From Eubacteriales bacterium (GTDB taxonomy: Bacteria; Bacillota; Clostridia; Lachnospirales; Lachnospiraceae): 60,895 nucleotides of DNA. This document shows, in pieces, positions 43,009 through 52,556 of this stretch (positions within the stretch are counted from its first letter, which is position 1; each line of letters begins with the position of its first letter). A model generated the notes under the pieces. It saw only the letters and a list, made by a program, of their open reading frames with translations. It searched no databases and was not told the DNA's origin. The translations under genes were made by a program, and so were the position numbers. The stretch is taken from assembly GCA_030527365.1 (NCBI GenBank), contig JAUNAX010000001.1:1-60895 (forward strand), read 5' to 3'.

Positions 43009-44610
43009 ATGAAGATTTTTAAAGGAAGCGCAATTTTTTCAGGAATTGCCATTGGCAGAATCCTGTATTATCACAGAGAGAGCAGCCAGGTAAGACAATG
43101 CTTTGCAGGCAATGTGAAAAAGGAGCTTGCGGATTTTGAAAAAGCACAGCAGAAAGTGGCAGAGGAACTTCAGGTTTTATATGGAGAAGAGAGCAATATA
43201 AAAAGGAGACAGACGGCTCTTCTGGAAAAGGGAAGTTTTGTTCGGGCAGTAAAAAGCATGATAGAGACAGAAAAGGTCAGTGCAGCTTACGCAGTTGCAA
43301 CAACAAGAGACGAGCTTTCTCAGACTTTCCGGAATCTGGAAGAACCGGCAGTAAAAGAAAGAATTGAAGATGTGAGAGAGCTTTCCGAACGGTTGATCGC
43401 TGTTTTGGGAGGACTTTCCACAACTATCTTTCTTGGGGAAAAGCCGGTCATTTTTGTTGCAGAAACTTTAAGTCCCGGAGAAATCCTGGAAATGGAAAAG
43501 GAAAAGCTCCTTGCGGTCGTTACCCGTCAGGGCTCGGAAATTTCTCATGCTTCCATTATGGCAAAAACAATCGGGATTCCCGCTCTTGTAGATGTGGAAA
43601 TAGAGGAAGACTGGGACGGGCTTCTTGCAGTTGTAGACGGTTATACAGGGACGCTTTACTTAGAGCCGGACGGAGAGCTTTTAAAGGAATACGAAAAACG
43701 GCTGAAGGCAGAGCAGGAAGAAAAGGAAGAGCTTTTAAAGCTGAAAAACAAAGAGGCGGTCACTCTTGACGGGCACAGGATTTCCCTTTATGCCAATATT
43801 GCCAACCTGGACGACCTAAATAGCGTGCTTTTTTATGGAGCAGAGGGAATTGGACTTTTAAGAAGTGAGTTTCAATATCTTGGAAGAGAGAATTACCCAA
43901 GAGAAAACGAGTTGTTCCGCGCTTATAAAAAAGTGGCGGAGACAATGGGAGAGCGTCTTGCCGTAATTCGTACCGTAGATTTGGGGGCAGATAAACAGGC
44001 TGCCTATATGGATATTCCGGAGGAGGAAAATCCCATTATGGGAAACAGGGGAATCCGTCTCTGCCTTGACAGAAAGAGAATGTTCAAGGCGCAGCTTCGT
44101 GCTATCTACAGAGCAAGTGCTTATGGAAATCTGGCGGTGATGTATCCTATGATTAGTTCTCTTGAGGAGCTGGACGAAATTGAGCGGATTACAGAGCAGG
44201 TAAAAGCAGGACTTCGTGAAAAAGGAATTGCTTATAAAGATATTCCTGTAAGTGTGATGATCGAGACGCCTGCCGCTGTGATGATGAGCAGGGAAATTGC
44301 ACAAAGAGTGGATTTTTTAAGCCTTGGAACAAACGATCTGGCGCAGTACACTCTGGCAATGGACAGGCAGAACCCGCTTTTAAAAGAAAAATACAATGAC
44401 CATAATCCTGCCATTTTAAAAATGATCCAGATGGTGATAGAGGAAGCCCACGAAGAAAAGAAAAAGGTATTTATCTGCGGAGAGCTGGCAGCAGATACTG
44501 ATCTTACAGAGATTTTCCTTAGAATGGGAGTAGATGGTCTTTCTGTCGTGCCAGCCTGCATTCTTCCAGTGAGAAAGGCAGTGAGAAAAAGCCGGAGAGA
44601 AAAGAAATGA
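43009..44610 (+). CDS. PEP-protein phosphotransferase (PTS enzyme I) paralog
   Basis: SHASIMA (phospho-His), GIGLLRSEF, GTNDLAQY, ICGE; divergent HPr-binding domain. Confidence 0.85.
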   Translation: MKIFKGSAIFSGIAIGRILYYHRESSQVRQCFAGNVKKELADFEKAQQKVAEELQVLYGEESNIKRRQTALLEKGSFVRAVKSMIETEKVSAAYAVATTRDELSQTFRNLEEPAVKERIEDVRELSERLIAVLGGLSTTIFLGEKPVIFVAETLSPGEILEMEKEKLLAVVTRQGSEISHASIMAKTIGIPALVDVEIEEDWDGLLAVVDGYTGTLYLEPDGELLKEYEKRLKAEQEEKEELLKLKNKEAVTLDGHRISLYANIANLDDLNSVLFYGAEGIGLLRSEFQYLGRENYPRENELFRAYKKVAETMGERLAVIRTVDLGADKQAAYMDIPEEENPIMGNRGIRLCLDRKRMFKAQLRAIYRASAYGNLAVMYPMISSLEELDEIERITEQVKAGLREKGIAYKDIPVSVMIETPAAVMMSREIAQRVDFLSLGTNDLAQYTLAMDRQNPLLKEKYNDHNPAILKMIQMVIEEAHEEKKKVFICGELAADTDLTEIFLRMGVDGLSVVPACILPVRKAVRKSRREKK

Positions 44611-45758
44611 AAGAAGAAAAAAATAAAAAAAGTACAGTGGTTCTTCTGACCTGCGAAGATTACAGAGAAGAAGCTGTATATGAAAAGCTGAAAGAAGGGC
44701 TGGCTCTTCTTGGCGGAGTAGACAAATTTATTTCAAAAGAAGAGAAAATACTGTTAAAACCGAATCTTCTGAAAAAAGCAGAGATAGAGCGGGCTGTCAT
44801 TACCCACCCTTCTGTGGTGGGAGGACTGGTCCGCATTTTAAGGGAAGAGGGATATAAAAATCTTGTTCTTTCTGATTCCTGCGGAACAGGGACTGCCAGT
44901 AAAGTGATAAAAGGCACTGGTATGGACGAAGTGCTGGAAAAATATGGCGTTCCTGTGATTGATTATAAAGAGGGTGTGTGCGTTCCGTTTCCAGAGGGAA
45001 CCCAGGCAAAGGAATTTATCCTTCCACCTGAGCTTTTGGAGGCGGATAGTGTTATTTCCATAAGTAAAATGAAAACGCATGCGCTGGAGCGGATTACGGG
45101 AGCTGTAAAAAACAGCTATGGATTTGTGTACGGTCTCCATAAGGCAAAAGGTCATACTCAGTATCCAAGTGCAGACAGTTTTGCAAGAATGCTCGTTGAT
45201 CTGAATAAATGTGTGAAGCCAAAGCTTTACATTATGGACGGAATTACTGCAATGGAAGGAAATGGTCCGGGCTCCGGAGATCCGGTATCCATGAAGGTAA
45301 TGCTGTTATCTGATGATCCGGTGGCTCTTGACAGCGTATTCTGCCATCTTGTTTTCCTTGATCCGTCGCTTGTCCCTACAAATTATCACGGAGAAAAAAT
45401 GGGACTTGGTACGTGCCGGGAAGAAAATATCAGGATTTTAACTCCAGACGGAGAGATGACCTGCTCCCAGGCGGCGAAAGAATACGGAAAACCGGATTTT
45501 CAGGTGGACAGAACACAGGTAAGACGGAATAAGTGGACGAAGCTTGCCAAAACGCTCCGTATTTTTCAGAAAAAACCGTATATTGTGGAAAGTAGGTGTA
45601 TTTCCTGCGGAATCTGCGTAAAGAGCTGTCCTGTGCCCGGAAAAGCAGTAGACTTTAAAAATGGAAAGGGAAAGCCGCCTGTATACGATTATAAAAAATG
45701 TATCCGCTGTTTCTGTTGTCAGGAAATGTGCCCCGAAAAAGCAATTCAGATAAAATGA
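44607..45758 (+). CDS. DUF362-domain protein with C-terminal 2x[4Fe-4S]
   Basis: LLKPN, THP, KMKTH, GAVKN, MEGNGP; CISCGICVKSCP and CIRCFCCQEMCP. Confidence 0.85.
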   Translation: MKEEKNKKSTVVLLTCEDYREEAVYEKLKEGLALLGGVDKFISKEEKILLKPNLLKKAEIERAVITHPSVVGGLVRILREEGYKNLVLSDSCGTGTASKVIKGTGMDEVLEKYGVPVIDYKEGVCVPFPEGTQAKEFILPPELLEADSVISISKMKTHALERITGAVKNSYGFVYGLHKAKGHTQYPSADSFARMLVDLNKCVKPKLYIMDGITAMEGNGPGSGDPVSMKVMLLSDDPVALDSVFCHLVFLDPSLVPTNYHGEKMGLGTCREENIRILTPDGEMTCSQAAKEYGKPDFQVDRTQVRRNKWTKLAKTLRIFQKKPYIVESRCISCGICVKSCPVPGKAVDFKNGKGKPPVYDYKKCIRCFCCQEMCPEKAIQIK

Positions 45759-45803
45759 AAAATTTTTGTGCATATTTTACCGTATATCCTTTGTATAAAG
45801 AGC

Positions 45804-45832
45804 TTGATTAAAAGAGAATTGGGCTGTATAAT
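45804..45832 (+). promoter_or_regulatory. sigmaA promoter of cps regulatory module
   Basis: TTGATT-17bp-TATAAT. Confidence 0.7.
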
Positions 45833-45905
45833 GAATAATTGAGAAACCCGGCTAAAAGATAAAATGGAGTCCGGGGCGATAAAAGGACAAAGGTGAATAA
45901 AAATT

Positions 45906-46616
45906 ATGGTGAAAGTAAATCTTAATGATTGGAAACAGGATTATCAGATGGATGAAGCTTATAAAGCTCTTCGTACAAATCTTCAGTTCTGTGGGGCGGA
46001 CAAAAAGGTCATTGCATTTACAAGCTGTACGCCAAATGAAGGTAAGAGTAATGTGACCGCTCATCTGGCCGCATCTCTGGCAGAGAGTGGAAAGTCCGTT
46101 CTTTTAATTGATGCAGATTTGCGTAAATCCGTTCTTCTTGGACGTGTGGAGGTAGACGGAGAAGTGAGGGGGCTTACTCACTATCTGTCAAAGCAGGCGA
46201 AGCTTGCAGATGTTATTTGTGCAACATCACAGCCTAAATTTCATATTATTTTCTCTGGAATTGTGCCTCCTAATCCGGCGGAGCTTCTGGGAAGCAGATT
46301 ATTTAAGGATATGGTTCGTTCTGTGAGAGAAGTGTATGATTACGTGATCATTGATACGCCTCCTCTTGGAAGGGTAATTGACAGCGCGGTTATTGCAGAT
46401 GCCTGCGATGGAGTTGTAATTGTAATTGAATCAGGTGCGATCAGTTACCGTTTTGTTCAGGATGTAAAATCTCAGCTGGAGAAGACAAATTGTCCGATCC
46501 TTGGAACAGTTCTGAATAAGGTGGATTATACAAAAGATACTTATGGAAAATACGGTAAATACGGTAAATACGGTAAGTATGGTAAGTATGGAAGTTATGG
46601 AGAAGTGGGAGAATGA
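45906..46616 (+). CDS. cpsD: BY-kinase (CpsD/CapB tyrosine-protein kinase)
   Basis: EAYKALRTN, Walker A PNEGKS, IDADLR, IIDTPP, C-terminal Tyr cluster. Confidence 0.93.
   Translation: MVKVNLNDWKQDYQMDEAYKALRTNLQFCGADKKVIAFTSCTPNEGKSNVTAHLAASLAESGKSVLLIDADLRKSVLLGRVEVDGEVRGLTHYLSKQAKLADVICATSQPKFHIIFSGIVPPNPAELLGSRLFKDMVRSVREVYDYVIIDTPPLGRVIDSAVIADACDGVVIVIESGAISYRFVQDVKSQLEKTNCPILGTVLNKVDYTKDTYGKYGKYGKYGKYGKYGSYGEVGE
46542..46601 (+). repeat. 9-bp tandem repeat encoding the (YGK)5 YGS YG tyrosine cluster
   Basis: TATGGAAAA TACGGTAAA TACGGTAAA TACGGTAAG TATGGTAAG TATGGAAGT TATGGA. Confidence 0.9.
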
Positions 46617-47326
46617 CAGGATTATATGACATTCACTGCCATATCCTTCCTGGCGTAGATGATGGGGCAAAAAGTCTGGAAGAATCCAAATGGCTGCTTC
46701 GGAAGGAATACGAAGATGGAGTAAGAAATATTATAGTAACGCCTCATTTTCGGTATAAAATGTTTGAACCCCCTCTTGAAGCTGTAAAAAGGCAGTTTTT
46801 AAGACTTCAGGAGGCGGCAGAGGAAGTTGCCGGTGATTTAAAGCTGTATCTTGGCTGTGAGCTTCACAGCAGCATGGATATGGTTTCCTGCCTGAAAAAA
46901 GGAGAACGTCTCACGATGGCTGGAAGCAGATTCGTGCTTGTAGAATTTAGCTACGGCGATGAGAAAACATACATAAAAGAGCGTGTACAGCAGCTCAAGC
47001 TGAATGGCTATAATCCCATAGTAGCTCATGTGGAACGCTATAAAGCTACAAGAGGTGACCTTCATTTCGTAGATGAGCTGAAAGATCTTGGCGCTTATAT
47101 TCAGGTAAATGCAGATACCATAAGTGGTAAAGACGGATTCGGTGTAAAACGTTTTGCTAAAAAGCTTATGAAACAGGATCTTTTAGATTTTGTGGGAACG
47201 GACGGACACAGAAAAACAGAAAGAACACCGGATATGGGAAAATGCTATCTCCAGATGGTAAAAACCATGGGAGAGGATTATACCAGAGAGATACTGATAA
47301 AAAATCCAAGAAAAATCACAGGGTAA
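46613..47326 (+). CDS. cpsB: CpsB/CapC PHP-family tyrosine phosphatase
   Basis: DIHCHILPGVDDGA, TPH, AHVERY, TDGH. Confidence 0.92.
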   Translation: MTGLYDIHCHILPGVDDGAKSLEESKWLLRKEYEDGVRNIIVTPHFRYKMFEPPLEAVKRQFLRLQEAAEEVAGDLKLYLGCELHSSMDMVSCLKKGERLTMAGSRFVLVEFSYGDEKTYIKERVQQLKLNGYNPIVAHVERYKATRGDLHFVDELKDLGAYIQVNADTISGKDGFGVKRFAKKLMKQDLLDFVGTDGHRKTERTPDMGKCYLQMVKTMGEDYTREILIKNPRKITG

Positions 47327-47339
47327 TGGAGAGAAAAAG

Positions 47340-48083
47340 ATGGAAAATCAGATAAAAGAAAATCAGGAAGTGGAAATTGATTTAGGCGAAATTTTCCATG
47401 TGCTGCTTGGCAGGCTTGGAATTATCATCCTTTCCGGGATTGTATTAGGCCTTATCTCGATTGTGGGAACCATGCTGTTTGTTGACCCACAGTATGAATC
47501 CACAACGAAAATTGTTGTATTAAGTAAACAGGACAATAACACATTAACAAACCAGGATATGCAGACAAGTACCCTTCTTACAAAGGACTATGCGGAGCTA
47601 ATTAAGAGCCGTACAGTAACCGAGGGCGTAATAGCAGAGCTGAATTTGGACTTGGATCACGAGGAACTGCTGAAAAAGATCAGCGTGGAAAATCAGACAG
47701 ATACACGTATTGTAGCGATCAGTGTAAGGGACGAGGATCCATATATGGCAAGCCAGATTGCAAATGCAATCCGTGACGTTGCATCTGTACACATTCAGGA
47801 GGTTATGGACGTAGATGCAGTAAATGTAGTGGAAACTGCAAACATTCCAAGTGAACCGGCAAGCCCCAGTCTTGTGAAAAACGGAATTCTTGGCGGTATG
47901 CTTGGCGTTATTCTTTCTGTAATTATTATTCTGGCAGTGTATCTTTCCAATGATACAGTAAAAACTCCAGAAGATGTAGAGCGTTACTTACAGCTTAGTG
48001 TACTTGGAAATATTCCTCTCATGGATAAAGAGAAAAAATCCAAAAAGCAAAAGAGAGGAAAAGCAAAGAAACACCGCAGATAA
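47340..48083 (+). CDS. cpsC: CpsC/Wzz chain-length determinant, BY-kinase modulator
   Basis: EIDL, PQYESTT, Pro-rich motif before second TM, DVERYLQLSVLG. Confidence 0.9.
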   Translation: MENQIKENQEVEIDLGEIFHVLLGRLGIIILSGIVLGLISIVGTMLFVDPQYESTTKIVVLSKQDNNTLTNQDMQTSTLLTKDYAELIKSRTVTEGVIAELNLDLDHEELLKKISVENQTDTRIVAISVRDEDPYMASQIANAIRDVASVHIQEVMDVDAVNVVETANIPSEPASPSLVKNGILGGMLGVILSVIIILAVYLSNDTVKTPEDVERYLQLSVLGNIPLMDKEKKSKKQKRGKAKKHRR

Positions 48084-48125
48084 TCTGTGGAAAAAGTGTA
48101 TAGTAGATTAAGGGAGTAAAGTACA

Positions 48126-48872
48126 ATGCGAAAATGGCTTGTGGCGTTAATGATAGTGCTTAGTGTGGCGCTTGGCGGTACTGTGATAGGTATTCGTTTT
48201 ATGGCAGATAGAAAGGGTCCTGAGATAAGTTTTGCAGGAGATAAAAAGAATATTTACAGCAGCAATATGACAGATGAAGAACTGTTGGAGGGAGTTACTG
48301 CAAGGGACGACAAAGACGGAGATGTAAGCAGTTCTCTTAGAGTAGAAGGCGTTTTCACAAAAGAAGAAAATCAGGTATATGTTTCCTTCGTAGCAAAAGA
48401 CAGCAGCAACAATGTAACAAAGAGACAGTTTATAATGGAGTCCGATGAAAGGGACGAGGAGAAAAAGAAGGAAGAAGAGACAGAAAAAGAAGAGGCAGGA
48501 GAAGCTGAGGGAACAGAGGCGGAAGCACCGGAAGAGGAAAGCTCAGATACGGAAAAGGTGGAAGAGCTGACACCGGCAGAAGAGGCTGCAAAGAGAGAGC
48601 AGGAAAAAATTGATGCTATGGCTCCGGGAGCTCCGAAATTCTATCTCACAACATATTATCTGGAAATACCAGTAGGAACACCGGTCGATCAGCTAAGCTA
48701 TGTATCAGATATTCAGGACGACGTAGATGCAACAAATACATTGTACCGTCAAATTCAGATTGAGGGTAATGTGGATTCTAATACACCGGGAACATACGAG
48801 CTTACATATTATGTAGTAGATTCCAATGGAAATGAATCAAACAGAGCTGTTCTTACGATTGTAGTGCAGTAA
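48126..48872 (+). CDS. Membrane-anchored protein with two Ig-like (DUF5011/HYR-like) domains and acidic linker
   Basis: GVTARDDKDGDVS, KDSSNN; VDSNTPGTYELTYYVVDSNGN. Confidence 0.75.
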   Translation: MRKWLVALMIVLSVALGGTVIGIRFMADRKGPEISFAGDKKNIYSSNMTDEELLEGVTARDDKDGDVSSSLRVEGVFTKEENQVYVSFVAKDSSNNVTKRQFIMESDERDEEKKKEEETEKEEAGEAEGTEAEAPEEESSDTEKVEELTPAEEAAKREQEKIDAMAPGAPKFYLTTYYLEIPVGTPVDQLSYVSDIQDDVDATNTLYRQIQIEGNVDSNTPGTYELTYYVVDSNGNESNRAVLTIVVQ

Positions 48873-48976
48873 TCTGAAGAAACCATGTGAATAAAGCAAA
48901 GAAAACAGAAGGCAGGATATAGAAATTGTCCTGTCTTCTGACATTAAGCGAGAGATACGGAAAAGGAGAATGTTAC

Positions 48977-50467
48977 ATGGAGAGAGAAAGTGGAGGTATA
49001 GCAGGAAAGATTATTGCTGCAGTTTTTCTGCTTGTATCAGCAACGTTTGTGGGATTGCTTGTTTACACGAAACTGATACCAACAGTTATTGTGGCAGTTG
49101 TCGCAGTGGTTTTATTGATTTTTGTGATTCTGATTACTATTCTTACCTGGAATCAGCATAATATTGTCCGATTTGTTATAGGAACGATACTTGCAGTTTT
49201 ATTCAGTGGTCTTTTTATAGCTGGGGGCGTATACCTTTATAAGACAACTTCCACATTATCAAAAATTTCAGGTGTGGAGACAGAAATTGCCCAGGTAGGA
49301 ATTTACGTGAGAGCACAGGACAGTGCAGACTCACTGAACGCAACGTCAGGATACAAATATGGAATTATTACAGACCTTGACAGAGAAAATACAGACAAGA
49401 CTCTGGAGGAGATTAAATCCGAGCTTGGAACTGAAATCCAGGTTCAGGAATATAGAGGGCTTACAGAGCTGATAGATGGTCTGCGACATGAGGAAACAGG
49501 AGCAATCATTCTGAATCAGGCATATATTCCTGTTCTTGAGGAGATTGACGGTTATGGAGACATAGGATCACAGATACGGGAAATCAGTGTGAAAAATGTT
49601 GAGACAGTGATTGAGACAGTCAATAAGCCGTCAGAAAATGAAAATGCAGGAACTCAGGTTCAGGCAGAGACAGAAACAACAGGAGAGATATATACTGTAT
49701 ACATCAGCGGAATCGATAACAGGGGAGGTCTTGTTGCAAAGAGCAGAAGTGATGTAAATATTATTGCAGTAGCAAATACAAAAACTCGTCAGCTTCTTCT
49801 TGTATCTACGCCCAGAGATTATTTTGTTCCTCTTTCTATTTCAGGAGGAGTACCAGATAAACTGACACACGCCGGCATTTATGGAATCAGCGTAAGTATG
49901 GATACTCTTGGTATGCTGTATGGAATAGATATTAATAATTATTTCAGGATCAACTTTGGAGGATTTATAAATATTATTGATGCACTCGGCGGTATCACAG
50001 TAGAATCTGACTACGATTTTTCAACTTCTGGTTTCCATTACAATAAAGGAAGTAATTACGTCAATGGAGAACAGGCTCTTGCTTTTGCACGAGAGCGATA
50101 TTCCTTCTCAGGTGGAGATAGACAGAGAGGCAAAAATCAGATGGCAGTTATTCAGGGAGTCATCAATAAAGCGCTTTCTCCGGAACTTTTGAAGAACTAC
50201 TCTTCAATTCTTTCCAGTCTTCAGGGAAGCTTTGAAACAAATATTTCCTACGAAGAGATTGCCCGTCTTCTTCAGCAGCAGCTTACAGAGGGTGGAGCAT
50301 GGAACATCGTAAGCTACAGTGTAGATGGAACAGGAGATAAACAGAAACCGTATTCCATGAGTCAGCCGGCATACGTTATGATTCCTGATTATAATACGGT
50401 TGATACGGCAAAAGAAATGATACAGCAGGTAAAGAATGGTCAGACCATTGCACAGCCGCAGGGATAA
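48977..50467 (+). CDS. LCP-family (CpsA/LytR) glycopolymer transferase
   Basis: 3 TM segments; ISGID, SRSDVN, TPRDY, DKLTHAG, RERY, DRQRGKNQ; ATG 48977. Confidence 0.92.
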   Translation: MERESGGIAGKIIAAVFLLVSATFVGLLVYTKLIPTVIVAVVAVVLLIFVILITILTWNQHNIVRFVIGTILAVLFSGLFIAGGVYLYKTTSTLSKISGVETEIAQVGIYVRAQDSADSLNATSGYKYGIITDLDRENTDKTLEEIKSELGTEIQVQEYRGLTELIDGLRHEETGAIILNQAYIPVLEEIDGYGDIGSQIREISVKNVETVIETVNKPSENENAGTQVQAETETTGEIYTVYISGIDNRGGLVAKSRSDVNIIAVANTKTRQLLLVSTPRDYFVPLSISGGVPDKLTHAGIYGISVSMDTLGMLYGIDINNYFRINFGGFINIIDALGGITVESDYDFSTSGFHYNKGSNYVNGEQALAFARERYSFSGGDRQRGKNQMAVIQGVINKALSPELLKNYSSILSSLQGSFETNISYEEIARLLQQQLTEGGAWNIVSYSVDGTGDKQKPYSMSQPAYVMIPDYNTVDTAKEMIQQVKNGQTIAQPQG

Positions 50468-50486
50468 AAAGCAATTCAGGTAAAAT

Positions 50487-50534
50487 AAAGTACCGGAAAT
50501 CAGATACACATTCATCTGATTTCCGGTACTTTTT
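50487..50534. terminator. Bidirectional terminator LCP/rmlD
   Basis: AAAGTACCGGAAATCAGAT...ATCTGATTTCCGGTACTTT. Confidence 0.9.
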
Positions 50535-50553
50535 GTTTTGAAAAATTATATGC

Positions 50554-51495
50554 TTAAAATTCGATTTCTTTTAGATAACGTGTCAGTGCGTCCTGCCAGG
50601 AAGGGAGAAGAGAGAAGCCATTTTTTGTAAGCTTACTCTTATCCAAACGGCTGTTAAACGGTCTTGCTGCCTTGGAAATGCCGTATTCTGCTGTTGTAAC
50701 AGGTACAACAGTTAAATGATCGCTGTCATAATCTGTATATCCCAGTTCTGCTGCCTGACGGAAGATTTCACAGGCGAAGTCATACCAGCTGATATATCCG
50801 CCCTCGTTTGTTGCGTGGTAGTAACCGTATTTTTCTGTCTCTATCATGTCAACGAGAAGAATGGCAAGGTCAAGAGTATAAGTAGGTGTTCCGATCTGGT
50901 CGTTTACGACAGTCAAACGATCGTGATTTTTTCCTACCTTCAGCATGGTTTTAATAAAATTATTTCCATTTTTTCCAAATACCCATGCAATTCGTACAAT
51001 GAAGAATTTCTCCAGAGTTTCAGAAACAGCAAGCTCACCTTCAAGTTTTGTCTGTCCATATACACTCAGAGGACGATAGTCTTTGCAGTCCGGATCCCAG
51101 GGCTCTGTACCCTGACCGTCGAATACATAATCTGTACTGAGATAAACCATCTTGCAGTTTAAGAGCTTACATACATCTGCGATATGCTTTGTACCGTCTG
51201 CATTGATGGCACGGACTTTTTCTCTTTTGTCATCGTCTTCTGCAAGGTCAACGGCAGTCCATGCAGCGCAGTGGATTACTACGTCCGGCTTCACTGACAG
51301 AAGCGCTTTTTCCACAGCAGAAGCATCTGTAATATCAAGTGATACATATGGCATTTCTGTGACAGCAGTACCGTCCATGATACCATTGTAAGAAGGTGCA
51401 AGATCGCTTCCGATTCCCTCATAGCCGCGGGCAGCCAGTTCGTTCATAACATCATGACCGAGCTGTCCAGCAACGCCTGTTACAAATACTTTCAT
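50554..51495 (-). CDS. rmlD: dTDP-4-dehydrorhamnose reductase
   Basis: GVAGQLG, HCAAWTAVD, STDYVFDG, YGQTK, DQIGTPT. Confidence 0.95.
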   Translation of the reverse strand: MKVFVTGVAGQLGHDVMNELAARGYEGIGSDLAPSYNGIMDGTAVTEMPYVSLDITDASAVEKALLSVKPDVVIHCAAWTAVDLAEDDDKREKVRAINADGTKHIADVCKLLNCKMVYLSTDYVFDGQGTEPWDPDCKDYRPLSVYGQTKLEGELAVSETLEKFFIVRIAWVFGKNGNNFIKTMLKVGKNHDRLTVVNDQIGTPTYTLDLAILLVDMIETEKYGYYHATNEGGYISWYDFACEIFRQAAELGYTDYDSDHLTVVPVTTAEYGISKAARPFNSRLDKSKLTKNGFSLLPSWQDALTRYLKEIEF

Positions 51496-51507
51496 ACAAA
51501 ATCCCCC

Positions 51508-52527
51508 TTAGCGGTCTCCGTACATTTTTTCATAGTAATTCTGGTATTCTCCGGAAATAATAGTTTCCCACCATTCCTTATTGTCAAGATACCACTGAAT
51601 CGTTTTTTTGATACCATCGGCAAATTTTGTCTCCGGAAGCCAGCCAAGCTCGCTGTGGATCTTTGTCGGATCAATGGCGTAGCGCATATCGTGACCTTTT
51701 CTGTCTGTTACATAAGTGATCAGACTTTCCGGTTTTCCAAGTTCTTTACAGATGATTTTTACAATGTCGATATTCTTCATCTCATTATGTCCGCCGATGT
51801 TGTAAACTTCGCCTACGCGTCCCTTATGAATGATAAGATCGATTGCCTTGCAGTGATCCTCCACATACAGCCAGTCGCGGACATTTTCCCCTTTTCCGTA
51901 TACAGGAAGTGGTTTGTCATTGAGTGCGTTTGCAATCATAAGCGGAATCAGTTTTTCCGGGAAATGATACGGACCGTAGTTGTTGGAGCAACGGCTGATG
52001 GTAACAGGAAGTCCGTATGTTCTGTGGTAAGCGAGAACAAGAAGGTCAGCACTTGCTTTTGAGGAGCTGTATGGGCTGCTTGTGTGGATTGGTGTTTCCT
52101 CTGTAAAGAACAGGTCAGGGCGGTCAAGAGGAAGATCACCGTAAACCTCGTCTGTGGAAACCTGATGGTAACGCTGGATTCCGTATTTGCGGCAGGCGTC
52201 CATAAGAACAGCCGTACCTTTGATATTTGTATCAAGGAAAACCTCCGGATCTTCTATGGAACGGTCAACGTGGCTCTCTGCAGCAAAGTTTACAACCATA
52301 TCTGGATGTTCCTCTTCAAAGAGGCGATAAACAGCTTCTCTGTCTGTAATGCTTTCTTTTACAAAGCGGAAATTTGGATTATCCATAACAGGGGCAAGTG
52401 TGGAGAGATTTCCTGCGTATGTGAGGCAGTCAAGGCACACAATGCGATAATCCGGGTACTTGTTTAACATATGAAAAATAAAGTTGCTTCCGATAAATCC
52501 GGCGCCGCCGGTTACAATAATATTCAT
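51508..52527 (-). CDS. rmlB: dTDP-glucose 4,6-dehydratase
   Basis: TGGAGFIGS, AAESHVDRS, STDEVYG, YSSSK; ATG 52527. Confidence 0.97.
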   Translation of the reverse strand: MNIIVTGGAGFIGSNFIFHMLNKYPDYRIVCLDCLTYAGNLSTLAPVMDNPNFRFVKESITDREAVYRLFEEEHPDMVVNFAAESHVDRSIEDPEVFLDTNIKGTAVLMDACRKYGIQRYHQVSTDEVYGDLPLDRPDLFFTEETPIHTSSPYSSSKASADLLVLAYHRTYGLPVTISRCSNNYGPYHFPEKLIPLMIANALNDKPLPVYGKGENVRDWLYVEDHCKAIDLIIHKGRVGEVYNIGGHNEMKNIDIVKIICKELGKPESLITYVTDRKGHDMRYAIDPTKIHSELGWLPETKFADGIKKTIQWYLDNKEWWETIISGEYQNYYEKMYGDR

Positions 52528-52556
52528 GTAAAAATCTCCTTTTATTTGTGGTGTGT

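Noticed and set aside
51454-52467. Several plus-strand ORFs within rmlB
   Set aside because: Antisense shadow ORFs.
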